A DNA stretch of 32,000 bases from Cylindrospermopsis raciborskii Cr2010 (GTDB lineage Bacteria; Cyanobacteriota; Cyanobacteriia; Cyanobacteriales; Nostocaceae), in assembly GCF_003367075.2 (NCBI RefSeq), contig NZ_CP065936.1, positions 2,760,001-2,792,000 on the forward strand, read 5' to 3'. Under the pieces are notes generated by a model. That model saw nothing but the letters and a program-made list of their open reading frames with translations. It was not told the origin of the DNA and made no database searches. Below, piece by piece: positions 1 through 9,641 of the stretch. Positions within the stretch are counted from its first letter, which is position 1, and each line of letters opens with the position of its first letter. The translations under genes and the position numbers were made by a program.

Positions 1-1836
1 ACCCTACCAACAGAACGTCCTCCCGTCAGTGCTATTATCAATCCTCGTTACTTACCCGAAACACATTCATTATTTCATCTTTCTGGAGTTGCGGTAGCTT
101 ATAAATTAGTCGAAGCATTATATGAAACTTTGCCAGACATACCACAAAACCCCCTGGAAGATTTATTAGATTTGGTTGCCATAGGATTAATTGCTGACCT
201 GGTACAATTGAAGGGTGATTGTCGCTATTTGGCTCAGATTGGAATTGATAAATTACACCAAGAATCTAAAAAAGGTATCTTACATAGCAGGAGACCAGGA
301 ATCAAAAAACTACTGGAACTGTGCCACAAAAATGGCGATCGCCCCATGGATATTTCTTTTGGATTAGGTCCACGTATTAATGCTGTTAGCAGGATTCATG
401 GTGATGGAAGTTTCTGTGTAGAGCTATTAACTAGTAGAGATATTAAAAGGTGTGGTCAACTAGCACAAGAGACAGAATTAGCCAATTCTCGACGTAAATC
501 ATTGCAAAAAGATGTTCAAGAACAGGCCAGAAAAAAACTGGGGGAATTAGATTTATCTACCACCCATGTGATTGTTTTAGTAGATAGTCAATGGCCAGGT
601 GGGGTCTTGGGTTTAGTTGCGGGTCAAATTGCTCAAGAAACAGGAAAACCAACTATCTTATTAAGTACAGATTCACTAGATAGTAAAACAAACTTAGCTC
701 GCGGATCAGCTCGTTCAATTAACTCTATTGATTTATACCAACTAGTTCAAAAGCAGGCACATTTATTACATCGTTTTGGCGGACATCCCTTTGCTGCTGG
801 ACTAAGTTTATCTGTGGAAAATATCGGATTATTTACCGATGCGATTAACCAACAATTCCGATTATCTGTAGGGGGAATAAACCTCACACCCACAGTGCAG
901 GCGGATCTAGTAGTAACTGTGGCAGATTTAGGCAGAGAATTATTTTTAGAGCTGAAACTTATGGAACCCTGTGGTATGGGAAATCCAGTGCCAAAATTAC
1001 TAATTAAGAACTGTTGGTTTGAAAATATTTCCCATGAGAAAATTCAAGATTACCAGGGGAATAAAATTCAATATCTGAAAACCAAATTTCTGATGGGAGA
1101 TGATTCTAGTCAACAACGGTTTCCCGGGATTTGGTGGGGACATGATAAAAATGACCTACCCCAGGGGAGATGTGATTGTATAGTGGAAATAGATATCAAT
1201 AACAATAAAGCACAACCAGAGCATCAAATTAGATTAATTGATGTCCGTCCTACTAGTGACTTAGGAATTCACTTGGAAGTTCAATCTCACAAATCGGCAA
1301 TGATTATAGATTGGAGAAATCAACCAAGTGAAAATTACCACGATTCAATATTGACCATTAAACACTGTCCCACCGGCTGGAATGAGGTAAAAGGTTGGTT
1401 GAAAACTGCCATTTCTCATCAAAAACACTTAGCTTTGGCTTGGTCACAGCCCAATTATCTCACACCTGAAGAAATTTGGTTGAACTTGGTGGGTATTGCC
1501 AAATTTTTGAGTCGCACCAATCAAAAAACAACTCGGTTAAAAGTTTTGCAGAAATTGGGTATCAATGACCAGAGCTTACATCTGGGATTGGAATCTTTAA
1601 AATCTCTAGGGTTTAGGGTTGATGGTGAGGGAGAGTTTTTAAAAATCACTTACCAGAATCCAGTTACTAGTTCAATGGATTATGAATTTGGCCCTCCAGC
1701 TAGTGATTATGGAAATATTAAAACTAAAATCGACTGTTTTTGCGCAGCAATCAGGGAAGAACAATTTCAAAAAGACTATTTTACCACAGTTCCCCTATCT
1801 ATCATACAGTCCATTCTTTTAGTACAAATGTTTTAA
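1..1836 (+). CDS. recJ: Single-stranded-DNA-specific exonuclease RecJ, C-terminal ~610 codons (5' end lies upstream of the window)
   Basis: Frame 1 is open from base 1 (TLPTERPPVSAIINPRYLPETHSLFHLSGVAVAYKLVEALYETLPD...) and runs straight into tracked ORF 130..1836, so the TTG at 130 is not the real start. DHH/DHHA1 signatures are present: HRFGGHPFAAGLSL (GGHxxAAG motif) and MEPCGMGNPVP. There is a long C-terminal extension. Confidence 0.8.
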   Translation, partial: TLPTERPPVSAIINPRYLPETHSLFHLSGVAVAYKLVEALYETLPDIPQNPLEDLLDLVAIGLIADLVQLKGDCRYLAQIGIDKLHQESKKGILHSRRPGIKKLLELCHKNGDRPMDISFGLGPRINAVSRIHGDGSFCVELLTSRDIKRCGQLAQETELANSRRKSLQKDVQEQARKKLGELDLSTTHVIVLVDSQWPGGVLGLVAGQIAQETGKPTILLSTDSLDSKTNLARGSARSINSIDLYQLVQKQAHLLHRFGGHPFAAGLSLSVENIGLFTDAINQQFRLSVGGINLTPTVQADLVVTVADLGRELFLELKLMEPCGMGNPVPKLLIKNCWFENISHEKIQDYQGNKIQYLKTKFLMGDDSSQQRFPGIWWGHDKNDLPQGRCDCIVEIDINNNKAQPEHQIRLIDVRPTSDLGIHLEVQSHKSAMIIDWRNQPSENYHDSILTIKHCPTGWNEVKGWLKTAISHQKHLALAWSQPNYLTPEEIWLNLVGIAKFLSRTNQKTTRLKVLQKLGINDQSLHLGLESLKSLGFRVDGEGEFLKITYQNPVTSSMDYEFGPPASDYGNIKTKIDCFCAAIREEQFQKDYFTTVPLSIIQSILLVQMF

Positions 1837-1991
1837 ACATATTTCTTAAAAACCCCCCACCAGTTCAACAAAATGCTATAATGGGGAAGGAATTTGGGCC
1901 TTTAAAGCAAAGAGTGATCAGGGTAACACCAATATGGTTGTTGATTGTGCGGTAAGGCAAGCAAATTCTAACTCTCCACGCGTTATTAGAG

Positions 1992-3305
1992 ATGACCTAC
2001 ATGAATCAATCTGCGAAACCTTACTCACCACTGCGTGTAGCCCTAGTTGGTACAATGGTTGCTACCAGTGCTACCCTGTCTTTATTTGGTCAAGCATGGA
2101 CTAAACAGGTTAAAGCCGCTTTACAAGACAGTCCGAAAGCACTGGTAGACCAAGTATGGCAACTTGTCAATCGGGACTATGTTGATGGTAAATTCAATCA
2201 ACAAAATTGGCAAGCAATTAGACAAAGTCTATTAAGCAAAAACTACACATCCAAGCAAGAAGCTTATGTAGCCATCAGATCAGCTCTCCAAAAACTGGAA
2301 GATCCCTACACCAGATTTATGGATCCCAAACAATTTGAAGCCCTGACTAATCAAACCTCTGGTGAGGTGACAGGTATAGGGATTCGCATGGAAATCAATG
2401 AGCAAACCAAACGCTTGACTGTGGTAGAGCCTATACAAAATTCACCAGCAGATAAAGCGGGTATTAAAGCAGGGGATGAAATTATTGCCATAAATGGTAA
2501 ATCCACTAGTAAAATGAAGATAGATGAAGCATCTAGCTTGATTCGCGGTCCTGCAGGAACTGCCATCACCCTGAAAATATCCAGACCAGGAAACAGTTTT
2601 CTTGATATCAAGTTAACAAGAGCAACTATTGAAGTACCAACCGTAAGATATATTTTAAAACGAGATAATGGACGTCGTATTGGCTATATTCGATTACAAG
2701 AATTTAGTAGTCATGCAGCGGAGCAGATGGATCGGGCAATTCGAGATTTGAATAATCAAAAGGTGGACTTTTATGTATTAGACCTGCGTGGTAATCCTGG
2801 TGGTTTACTGCAAGCTAGTATTGAAATAGCACGCATGTGGTTAGATAAAGGCGGTATTGTCAAGACTGTAGATCGGGTAGGCGGTAGCGAAGAAACCAAA
2901 GCCAATGGCACTGCGTTAACTAATAGACCCCTGGCCATATTGGTAGATGGTAACTCCGCCAGCGCCAGTGAAATTCTGACCGGCGCTCTTAAGGATAATA
3001 ACCGAGCAGTAGTGGTAGGTAGTCAAACCTATGGTAAGGCCCTAGTACAATCAGTTCATGAGTTAATTGATGGATCTGGTTTAGCAATCACCATTGCCCA
3101 TTATTATACTCCTAAAGGCACGGATATCAACAAAAAGGGTATTACACCCGATATTCAGCTAGATTTAACTCAAGCCCAAGAACGAGAGTTAGCAGCTAAT
3201 CCCAATTTAATTGGAACCTTGAGTGACCCACAGTACGCTCGTGCAATTTCCGCTATCTTGGACAGTAAATTTGCCCAACCACCACAAAAAGTTGAAAATT
3301 TCTAG
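1992..3305 (+). CDS. Carboxyl-terminal processing protease, peptidase family S41 with PDZ domain (Ctp family)
   Basis: 437-aa ORF with a hydrophobic N-terminus (LRVALVGTMVATSATLSLF). PDZ-like segment GIGIRM...GIKAGDEIIAINGKS. S41 motifs DLRGNPGGLL, NSASASEIL (catalytic Ser context) and TYGKALVQS (catalytic Lys context). The alternative ATG at 2001 is equally possible. Confidence 0.85.
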   Translation: MTYMNQSAKPYSPLRVALVGTMVATSATLSLFGQAWTKQVKAALQDSPKALVDQVWQLVNRDYVDGKFNQQNWQAIRQSLLSKNYTSKQEAYVAIRSALQKLEDPYTRFMDPKQFEALTNQTSGEVTGIGIRMEINEQTKRLTVVEPIQNSPADKAGIKAGDEIIAINGKSTSKMKIDEASSLIRGPAGTAITLKISRPGNSFLDIKLTRATIEVPTVRYILKRDNGRRIGYIRLQEFSSHAAEQMDRAIRDLNNQKVDFYVLDLRGNPGGLLQASIEIARMWLDKGGIVKTVDRVGGSEETKANGTALTNRPLAILVDGNSASASEILTGALKDNNRAVVVGSQTYGKALVQSVHELIDGSGLAITIAHYYTPKGTDINKKGITPDIQLDLTQAQERELAANPNLIGTLSDPQYARAISAILDSKFAQPPQKVENF

Positions 3306-3381
3306 ATTGGAGGGTGAGAATGACTAATGATATGCTAAGTTATTAGTAATTAGGTCAACGGTAAAATAGGGAAAATTTTCA

Positions 3382-4077
3382 ATGTCAGCACAACTGTTAC
3401 TGGTAGATGATGAACCGGGGTTACGCGAAGCTGTAAAGGAATACTTACAAGAAAGCGGTTTCGGTGTTCGAGTTGCCAGTAACGCCCGCGAAGGGTGGGA
3501 ATTAATACAACAAAATACTCCCGACTTGGTAATTTCCGATATTATGATGCCCCAAGTTGATGGCTATCAGTTCCTCAAACAACTGCGAGATGACCCCCGA
3601 TTGGCTTCGCTACCAGTTATCTTTTTAACCGCTAAAGGTATGACGGGCGATCGCATTCAAGGATATCAAGCAGGGGTAGATGCCTATTTATCAAAGCCTT
3701 TTGACCCAGATGAGCTGATCGCCATTATCAACAATTTACTAGAAAAGCGTATTTCCCAGACTACAGTTGCGGGTGAAGACAGTGAAAACATGGAAATTGC
3801 CAAGTTGGCCCATGAGATTGCCAAAATTAAAGATTTATTAACTCCTAGGATCGGTATATCTCAGACTCCACCACCGTTTACAATTGATTTAACCCCAAGG
3901 GAGCAAAGTGTCTTAAATCTCGTTGCCCAAGGATTAATGAACAAAGAAATTGCTCGTAAGTTGGAAACAAGTGTTCGTAATGTGGAGAAGTACGTCAGTC
4001 GTCTATTTAGCAAAACTGGTACCAATAGTCGTACGGAACTGGTGAGATTCGCTTTAGAACATGGCTTGGCCCAATAG
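3382..4077 (+). CDS. Two-component response regulator, REC receiver + LuxR/NarL-type HTH output
   Basis: Receiver motifs LLVDDEPGL, DLVISDIMMPQVDG (phospho-acceptor Asp context), FLTAKG and SKPFDPDEL. C-terminal LuxR-type HTH: LTPREQSVLNLVAQGLMNKEIARKLETSVRNVEKYVSRLFSKTG. No histidine kinase gene is adjacent. Confidence 0.85.
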   Translation: MSAQLLLVDDEPGLREAVKEYLQESGFGVRVASNAREGWELIQQNTPDLVISDIMMPQVDGYQFLKQLRDDPRLASLPVIFLTAKGMTGDRIQGYQAGVDAYLSKPFDPDELIAIINNLLEKRISQTTVAGEDSENMEIAKLAHEIAKIKDLLTPRIGISQTPPPFTIDLTPREQSVLNLVAQGLMNKEIARKLETSVRNVEKYVSRLFSKTGTNSRTELVRFALEHGLAQ

Positions 4078-4105
4078 TGGAATTGGTGGGGGGTTGGAAG
4101 CATAA

Positions 4106-4133
4106 GCTAGGATAGCGGAAAATTTGCTAGGAT
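4106..4133 (+). promoter_or_regulatory. Direct repeat of the octamer GCTAGGAT (4106-4113, 4126-4133); the second copy supplies a TAnnnT-type -10 candidate (TAGGAT, 4128-4133) about 28 nt upstream of the dnaN ATG
   Basis: Read directly from the sequence. The same octamer recurs in other upstream regions (15400-15423, 31152-31159). There is no convincing -35, so this is only a candidate. Confidence 0.3.
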
Positions 4134-4160
4134 GATCCTTCACTATTTGTGTTCAGATTT

Positions 4161-5309
4161 ATGAAATTAATTTGCTCTCAAAGCGATCTTAGTACCAATC
4201 TCGCCCTGGTCAGTCGTGCAGTACCATCTAGACCTACCCATCCCATATTAGCTAATGTACTCTTGCAAGCGGATGTAAATACGAATCAAGTTAGTTTAAC
4301 AGCTTTTGATTTAAGCTTGGGTATTCGTACTAGTTTCACTGCGGAGGTGATAGAAGGTGGAGCAGTTGCTCTCCCTGCTAAAATCTTAGTGGATATTACT
4401 TCCCGTTTACCAGAGGGGGATATTACCCTAGATGACCAATCGGGAGACTCTACTACAGAAGGTATAAATTTTATTCTAAAGCCCAAAAATGGTAAGTATG
4501 AACTTAGGTCCATGGGGGCAGAAGAATTTCCTGAATTACCCTTAATTGAGAGTTCCAATCCTATCCAAATAACCACTGCAGCTCTAGTTGAGGGTTTAAA
4601 AGGTTCATTATTTGCTACTAGTAGTGATGAAACTAAGCAGGTTCTAACAGGGGTACATTTAACAGTTAAACAGGATGTCTTAGAGTTTGCAGCTACGGAT
4701 GGACATCGGTTGGCGGTTTTAGAAACCATTAATGAACGTCCCCTGGAAAATGATGAACAACTGGAAGTGACCGTACCTGCTAGGGCATTACGAGAACTAC
4801 AAAGAATGCTAAACCATAGTGCTTCAGAAGAGGCAGTATCTTTATGTTTAGACGAAGGTCAAATAGTATTTGCTTGGCAAAATCAACGTTTAACTAGTCG
4901 CACCCTGGAGGGTCAATACCCTTCCTATAGACAATTAATACCTCGTCAGTTTGAAAGACAACTGGTGTTGGAAAGGAAGCAATTTATCAGTACTTTGGAA
5001 CGAATTGCCATATTAGCTGACCAGAAAAACAATATTGTTAAAATCAGTATGAATACTGGAGACCAGGAAATTACTTTATCTTGTGAAGCCCAAGATGTGG
5101 GTAATGCTACTGAGTCAATGCCCGCACAAATTTCCGGAGAAGATATTGATATTGCCTTTAATGTCAAGTATCTCCTAGAAGGACTGAAGGAATTGCCATC
5201 TACGGAAATTCAGATGCACTTGAATCAAAATCTCACCCCGGTGATTTTTACTCCCCTAGGTGGTTTAAAGATGACCTATTTAGCTATGCCCGTACAGTTG
5301 AGAAATTAA
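4161..5309 (+). CDS. dnaN: DNA polymerase III beta subunit (sliding clamp)
   Basis: MKLICSQSDLSTNLALVSRAVPSRPTHPILANVLL... is a typical DnaN N-terminus. At ~383 aa it has the three-domain clamp length and ends ...MTYLAMPVQLRN. The ATG at 4161 is preferred over the tracked GTG at 4149. Confidence 0.9.
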   Translation: MKLICSQSDLSTNLALVSRAVPSRPTHPILANVLLQADVNTNQVSLTAFDLSLGIRTSFTAEVIEGGAVALPAKILVDITSRLPEGDITLDDQSGDSTTEGINFILKPKNGKYELRSMGAEEFPELPLIESSNPIQITTAALVEGLKGSLFATSSDETKQVLTGVHLTVKQDVLEFAATDGHRLAVLETINERPLENDEQLEVTVPARALRELQRMLNHSASEEAVSLCLDEGQIVFAWQNQRLTSRTLEGQYPSYRQLIPRQFERQLVLERKQFISTLERIAILADQKNNIVKISMNTGDQEITLSCEAQDVGNATESMPAQISGEDIDIAFNVKYLLEGLKELPSTEIQMHLNQNLTPVIFTPLGGLKMTYLAMPVQLRN

Positions 5310-5430
5310 ATTTAGTATTTAACTACTCAAAATCGTAATGACTGTGATATAGTTGGAATAGACTGTAAATAAACTGTCACAAAACCCACGCCGAAAATTT
5401 GATACAATGTGCTGAAGGAGAAGTATTTTA

Positions 5431-6021
5431 ATGACTAGTCTTCGTGTTGGCCAACAGGCTCCCGATTTTACAGCCACAGCTGTGGTAGACCAAGATTTTA
5501 AGGCTGTCAAACTTGCTGAATATCGTGGCAAGTATGTGGTTCTGTTTTTCTATCCCTTGGATTTTACCTTTGTTTGCCCCACTGAGATCACAGCATTTAG
5601 CGATCGCTACGAAGAGTTCAAGAAATTGAACACAGAGGTATTAGGTATTTCTGTGGATAGTGAATTTTCTCACTTGGCGTGGATTCAAGCAGACCGCAAA
5701 TCTGGTGGTGTTGGCGATTTGAACTATCCCCTGGTTTCAGATATTAAAAAAGAAATTAGCACTGCTTACAATGTTCTTGACCCCGATGCTGGGATTGCTT
5801 TGCGTGGTCTGTTTATCATTGACAAGGATGGGGTTATTCAACACGCTACCATAAATAACTTGGCTTTTGGTCGTAGCGTGGATGAGACCCTACGCATACT
5901 GCAAGCAATTCAGCACGTACAATCACATCCTGATGAAGTTTGTCCAGCTGGCTGGCAACCGGGTGAAAAGACCATGATTCCTGATCCTGTGAAGTCCAAA
6001 GTGTACTTTGCAGCAGTATAG
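5431..6021 (+). CDS. Typical 2-Cys peroxiredoxin (AhpC/Prx1 subfamily)
   Basis: Peroxidatic Cys motif [15 protein letters not shown] and resolving Cys motif EVCPAGW near the C-terminus. 196 aa. GAAGGAG lies 10 nt upstream of the ATG. Confidence 0.9.
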   Translation: MTSLRVGQQAPDFTATAVVDQDFKAVKLAEYRGKYVVLFFYPLDFTFVCPTEITAFSDRYEEFKKLNTEVLGISVDSEFSHLAWIQADRKSGGVGDLNYPLVSDIKKEISTAYNVLDPDAGIALRGLFIIDKDGVIQHATINNLAFGRSVDETLRILQAIQHVQSHPDEVCPAGWQPGEKTMIPDPVKSKVYFAAV

Positions 6022-6031
6022 AGTAAAATAG

Positions 6032-6057
6032 ACCAGCGGAAAAATTCCTCCGCTGGT
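6032..6057. terminator. Stem-loop between convergent genes (peroxiredoxin + strand, 247-aa ORF - strand), a likely bidirectional intrinsic terminator
   Basis: ACCAGCGGA (6032-6040) pairs with TCCGCTGGT (6049-6057). The stem is 9 bp, the loop 8 nt, and T-rich TATTCTT follows on the + strand. Confidence 0.55.
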
Positions 6058-6068
6058 TATTCTTGACT

Positions 6069-6812
6069 TTAGGGGATAGCGTTTCTCAATTGTTTAAGGG
6101 TACGACCAATACCAACGAAACTTGCGTCTTGAGACAGACGTTTGAGAGTAGGTGGTTTACTTTCGATAACAATACCGTTGTAAGCAGTAATGGCAGCACT
6201 GAGCTTGTCAATGTTGACGCTAAATGCCGCACCTGCTTGTGCCACTGTATTATTACCTTTCCAATCCTTAGTGCTAACTAACATAGCACCGGGTGAAGAT
6301 GCAGTGGAAGGTGAGAATAAACCGTTCAGCGCATTAACCAGTGCGATCGCCAGCTGGGGACTAATACCCGCCGATGTTAAAGCTGCTGTTATTCTTGCAG
6401 CAGCTTCCGTTACCCCTGGACGTGCAAGCACGAGGGTGACCAAGTCAGTAGTATTAGCGCTTGTGCCAAGCACTTGAACTATGTTAGGAACTAGCTGGTT
6501 TAGGGCTGATTGAACTTCTTGTGTAACCGCTAGAGTTGCACTTTGCCCCTCTCTGGTTACGATTATGCTCTCTGCATTAGGTATGAAGGTGACACCGCTT
6601 CCACCACTAGAACCTCCTGGAGTTGTTTTCCCGGTTGGTGGTGGTGGTTGTGTTGGTTGTACAGGATCTTGTGGAATTGATGGTGGTGAAGGCAATACAT
6701 TTCCACTAGGACCTCCTGGTGTTGTGCTACCTCCCTCACTGGTCAATTGCAAAGATGCTAATAAGAACGGGACTAGACTTAAGGTAAAAATGAGACTTTT
6801 GGGTTTTAACAT
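6069..6812 (-). CDS. Hypothetical exported protein with a Pro/Gly-rich linker and an Ala-rich C-terminal domain
   Basis: 247-aa ORF filling the whole interval. Signal-peptide-like start MLKPKSLIFTLSLVPFLLASLQ. Low-complexity PSPPSIPQDPVQPTQPPPPTGKTTPGGSSGGSG segment. The + strand ORFs here are its Gly-rich mirror images. I recognise no family. Confidence 0.55.
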   Translation of the reverse strand: MLKPKSLIFTLSLVPFLLASLQLTSEGGSTTPGGPSGNVLPSPPSIPQDPVQPTQPPPPTGKTTPGGSSGGSGVTFIPNAESIIVTREGQSATLAVTQEVQSALNQLVPNIVQVLGTSANTTDLVTLVLARPGVTEAAARITAALTSAGISPQLAIALVNALNGLFSPSTASSPGAMLVSTKDWKGNNTVAQAGAAFSVNIDKLSAAITAYNGIVIESKPPTLKRLSQDASFVGIGRTLKQLRNAIP

Positions 6813-6846
6813 GATGATTATCTAATAAACTATAGTACCTATGTAA

Positions 6847-7833
6847 TTACTTAGGTAAAAAATTGAACCCATAGCTGACGCTCAAAGAAAGTATGGTGCC
6901 ACCAGGGCTATTATTAGTGATATCCGCACCCTGGGCTGTAATTGTTAAAGGTAAGGTAGGTATGGGAACATAGGAAGCACCAAGGTTAAAACCCACTCCA
7001 CTCCAACCGAAACCTACACCCAATTGGGGTTGAACCTGCATACCCACACTGCCAAACACACCTGTGCTAGCAAATTCTTGTCTAAACGGACCACCCCCAG
7101 CGCCTAAGGAAACGGAGATAGGCATTTTATTGACCTCATCATCTGGCTGTAATAGGGAGTAACTAGTAACCACACCGTAAGCTCCAGAAGGGGTAACACC
7201 ATCAGTACCATACTGGGCAAAATAGTTCCAACCTGCGGCCACAGCCACCTGGTTGTTACCCTGGGCATAGACAAGACGGTGAACTTTCAGGTCAAAGCTG
7301 CCATTAGCGCCAAACTTTCTAATACTATTGTTGCTGAAACCCAATTCTAAGGCTGCAAATTTGCTAGATTCCCCTATGCCAGCGCCAAGGTTAATGCCAC
7401 CATCATACTGACCATCTCTAAGTTTACCGGGGGTAGTACCTGTTATTCCTATAAACACATCACCCGTGTTAGCACCAAAAGCACTTACACCCGCAAAAGT
7501 AAGTCCAGGGGGATAGGTAGGCTTTTGCACTTCCCGTGGTTTAGTTTTTACCAGAGGTTCAATTAGCAATTCTTGCCGAATTCTTCTTACTTCTTCCGGA
7601 CTGATATTCTCAGCTTGTGAAATCTGTGGGGGAATGGACCTGGTTTCGTAGCCATTCTGATTGGTGACACCCTCTCCCGCGAATACAAGATCTGGAGACA
7701 GTACCAAAGTTAAAAGGATACTGGGCAAGGTTAGGGAGAGTGCTGAAAAAACTAAGCCCCGCTGATTGTAACCTGGTGTAAAATAAGGCTGTGTGTTGTT
7801 CAAAATATTACTCCTCACTGGACATTCTACCAT
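6847..7833 (-). CDS. Hypothetical exported protein, possibly an outer-membrane beta-barrel
   Basis: 328-aa ORF with a hydrophobic segment LVFSALSLTLPSILLTLVLSPDLVFA near the N-terminus. The C-terminal ~230 aa are Gly/Ser/Thr/aromatic-rich with alternating patterns (GVGFGWSGVGFNLGASYV, ILSLSVSYGFNFLPK). Function is inferred from composition only. Confidence 0.5.
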   Translation of the reverse strand: MVECPVRSNILNNTQPYFTPGYNQRGLVFSALSLTLPSILLTLVLSPDLVFAGEGVTNQNGYETRSIPPQISQAENISPEEVRRIRQELLIEPLVKTKPREVQKPTYPPGLTFAGVSAFGANTGDVFIGITGTTPGKLRDGQYDGGINLGAGIGESSKFAALELGFSNNSIRKFGANGSFDLKVHRLVYAQGNNQVAVAAGWNYFAQYGTDGVTPSGAYGVVTSYSLLQPDDEVNKMPISVSLGAGGGPFRQEFASTGVFGSVGMQVQPQLGVGFGWSGVGFNLGASYVPIPTLPLTITAQGADITNNSPGGTILSLSVSYGFNFLPK

Positions 7834-7861
7834 AGTAAATGTTTGCCCGGCTATATTTTGT

Positions 7862-8018
7862 TGCTATAAGTAAGTTGGCGTTAAAAGACCAAACTATGTA
7901 AAGATAAATAGGATAAGTGGGTGAGTGGAATTAAACGCAAGATGAGCGTAGGTTGGGTTGAGGAACGAAACCCAACGCCCCCATGGGCATCCTACAAATA
8001 ATTGTGCCTCCCTACTTA
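7862..8018 (+). mobile_element. MITE-like dispersed repeat, full-length copy A, with central hairpin GTTGGGTT-N9-AACCCAAC (7952-7976)
   Basis: Aligns by eye over ~155 bp with 29367-29533, and partially with 27546-27666 and the reverse complement of 30102-30174. The ends form an imperfect inverted repeat (TAAGTTGG ... CCTACTTA). It has no coding capacity. Confidence 0.65.
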
Positions 8019-8114
8019 AACCTTTGCTTAGTGTATCATTAAAGTACCGGTTCATAAAACCCCTAGGTTTCGTATTTTTGTGTAAATTTTTGTGATGTTG
8101 TTATTTACTTGGAG

Positions 8115-9641
8115 TTATGGTTTAGGTGTTGTTCGGGAATTGTCTGTTGCTGGAGAAGGTTTTTTGGTATAACGACGTTCAAAAATTTCTGCGGATTTCT
8201 GATAATCCACCAGGGCGGCTGAAAAATTCCCAGTCAGAGTATATGCTGTAGCACGATTGATGTAGGCGTTAAAATCATCTGGATCAATTATAATTGCTAA
8301 GGTTGACACCTTGATAGAAGCAGCGTAGTCCTTTAAATAGTTAAACACATCACTCTGAATTGTATAACCATAACTGTTATTAGGGTCTAGACGAATAGCT
8401 TGCTTGGAAGATTCCAGTGCTGCTTGATACTTACCCAGCTTAATATAAGCCATACCTTGATGGGCATAAGCTATAGAATAACTGGGATTGAGGCGAATTG
8501 CCCGATTGAAATCCTCAAGAGCGGCCTGATCATTTTGTAACCAAATATAAGTCCAACCACGATTTAGATAACCATCCAAATAATTTGGATCCAAGGCAAT
8601 TACCTGGTTAAAGTCGGAGAGGGCTTCTTCGTATCTTCTAAGCCAACTGAGGGCATACCCACGCTTGAAATAAGCTTCTGCATATTTGGGGTCAATTTTG
8701 ATTGCCTGATCAAAATCATCTAGAGACTCTTTATAATTAAGCTGGTCTAACTTAGTAATACCTCTAGCATAAAAATCTCGTGCAGATTGGGGAGAATTTA
8801 AGCGTTCCTGTGGTACTTCCCCAGTAGCAGTAGTATTCCTTTGAATTGGCAGCTCTTTGACCAAGGGGTTATTGAAGTTCAAAAAAGTATTAATGGGAAT
8901 GCCAGCATTAAATCCCGTTTTCTGTGATACTATTTCTCCCGTTTCTGTTTTACTCTTAGCTGATGTGTCAGCTAACCCGTGAATTCCCACCACCCTACCC
9001 TTAATATCAAAAACTGGGCCCCCGCTATTACCGGTAAGAGTTTTAGCATCGTAAATTAAACTATAACCGTTGATAGAAGTTCTACCGCGAGAAAGAACGA
9101 TCCCTTTGGTAAAAGTAAAGTCCCTAGCTGAGCCAATTTTATTAAATACAGCTGGAAATCCGCCCACAAACACATCGGATGCTTCCGTCATTTGGTCAGA
9201 ATCACCTACATTGGCTGTGGGATATTCCTGTGTAGCTACAAAGCTAACTAGGGCCAAATCAGGATCATTTTTAGTTGACTGTAGGACTACAATGTCTTTT
9301 GATTTAATAGGGTATTCTTTGCCATCATTTGTTCTTACAGAATAGGTAATGTCTTTAGCGCAGAGGATTTTTCCAGGTCTGTCTATAATATCACAGACCA
9401 CGTGATTGGCGGTTAGTACAGAATAACGATTACCTTGTTTGGCAATAATTACTCCTGAACCCCCAGGGGTAACGTCACCCTCCGTATTAATTTGTACAGA
9501 TGTCTTCTTAGCAATTTGTGCTATATCTTGGATACTGATAGTATCAGCAGCTATTGAAGTAGTAGATAAAACAGCTGTTGCAGCAGTGATAAGAGTTGTT
9601 ACTAGTAGGGAGTTATTTGTTATTCCAAGTTTAAAATTCAT
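8115..9641 (-). CDS. Exported trypsin-like (S1 family) serine protease with a C-terminal TPR repeat array
   Basis: Signal-like N-terminus MNFKLGITNNSLLVTTLITAATAVLSTTSIAA. Catalytic triad contexts TANHVV (His), DPDLALVSF (Asp) and GNSGGPVFD (Ser). The last ~220 aa form about six 34-aa TPR-like repeats (e.g. AEAYFKRGYALSWLRRYEEALSDFNQVIALDPNY). The start overlaps the upstream stop as ATGA. Confidence 0.8.
   Translation of the reverse strand: MNFKLGITNNSLLVTTLITAATAVLSTTSIAADTISIQDIAQIAKKTSVQINTEGDVTPGGSGVIIAKQGNRYSVLTANHVVCDIIDRPGKILCAKDITYSVRTNDGKEYPIKSKDIVVLQSTKNDPDLALVSFVATQEYPTANVGDSDQMTEASDVFVGGFPAVFNKIGSARDFTFTKGIVLSRGRTSINGYSLIYDAKTLTGNSGGPVFDIKGRVVGIHGLADTSAKSKTETGEIVSQKTGFNAGIPINTFLNFNNPLVKELPIQRNTTATGEVPQERLNSPQSARDFYARGITKLDQLNYKESLDDFDQAIKIDPKYAEAYFKRGYALSWLRRYEEALSDFNQVIALDPNYLDGYLNRGWTYIWLQNDQAALEDFNRAIRLNPSYSIAYAHQGMAYIKLGKYQAALESSKQAIRLDPNNSYGYTIQSDVFNYLKDYAASIKVSTLAIIIDPDDFNAYINRATAYTLTGNFSAALVDYQKSAEIFERRYTKKPSPATDNSRTTPKP

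Noticed and set aside
1740-1955. 71-aa ORF overlapping the recJ 3' end, plus other short ORFs nested in or overlapping annotated genes (2351..2611, 3861..4103, 4286..4729, 4946..5167, 5319..5531, 9070..9345, 9439..9660, 10479..10700, 12316..12657, 13505..14355 group, 16146..16609, 18792..19001, 20481..20705, 21693..21881, 23144..23371, 24460..24675, 26313..26528, 27153..27350, 28036..28257, 28818..29045)
   Set aside because: All overlap or are embedded in much longer ORFs with clear family signatures, on the opposite strand or in a different frame. None shows a recognisable motif.
6063-6825. Three + strand ORFs (6063..6281, 6190..6477, 6565..6825), including a Gly/Cys-rich one
   Set aside because: They are mirror images of the Pro/Ala-rich minus-strand ORF 6069..6812, which spans the whole interval and has a proper signal-peptide-like start.
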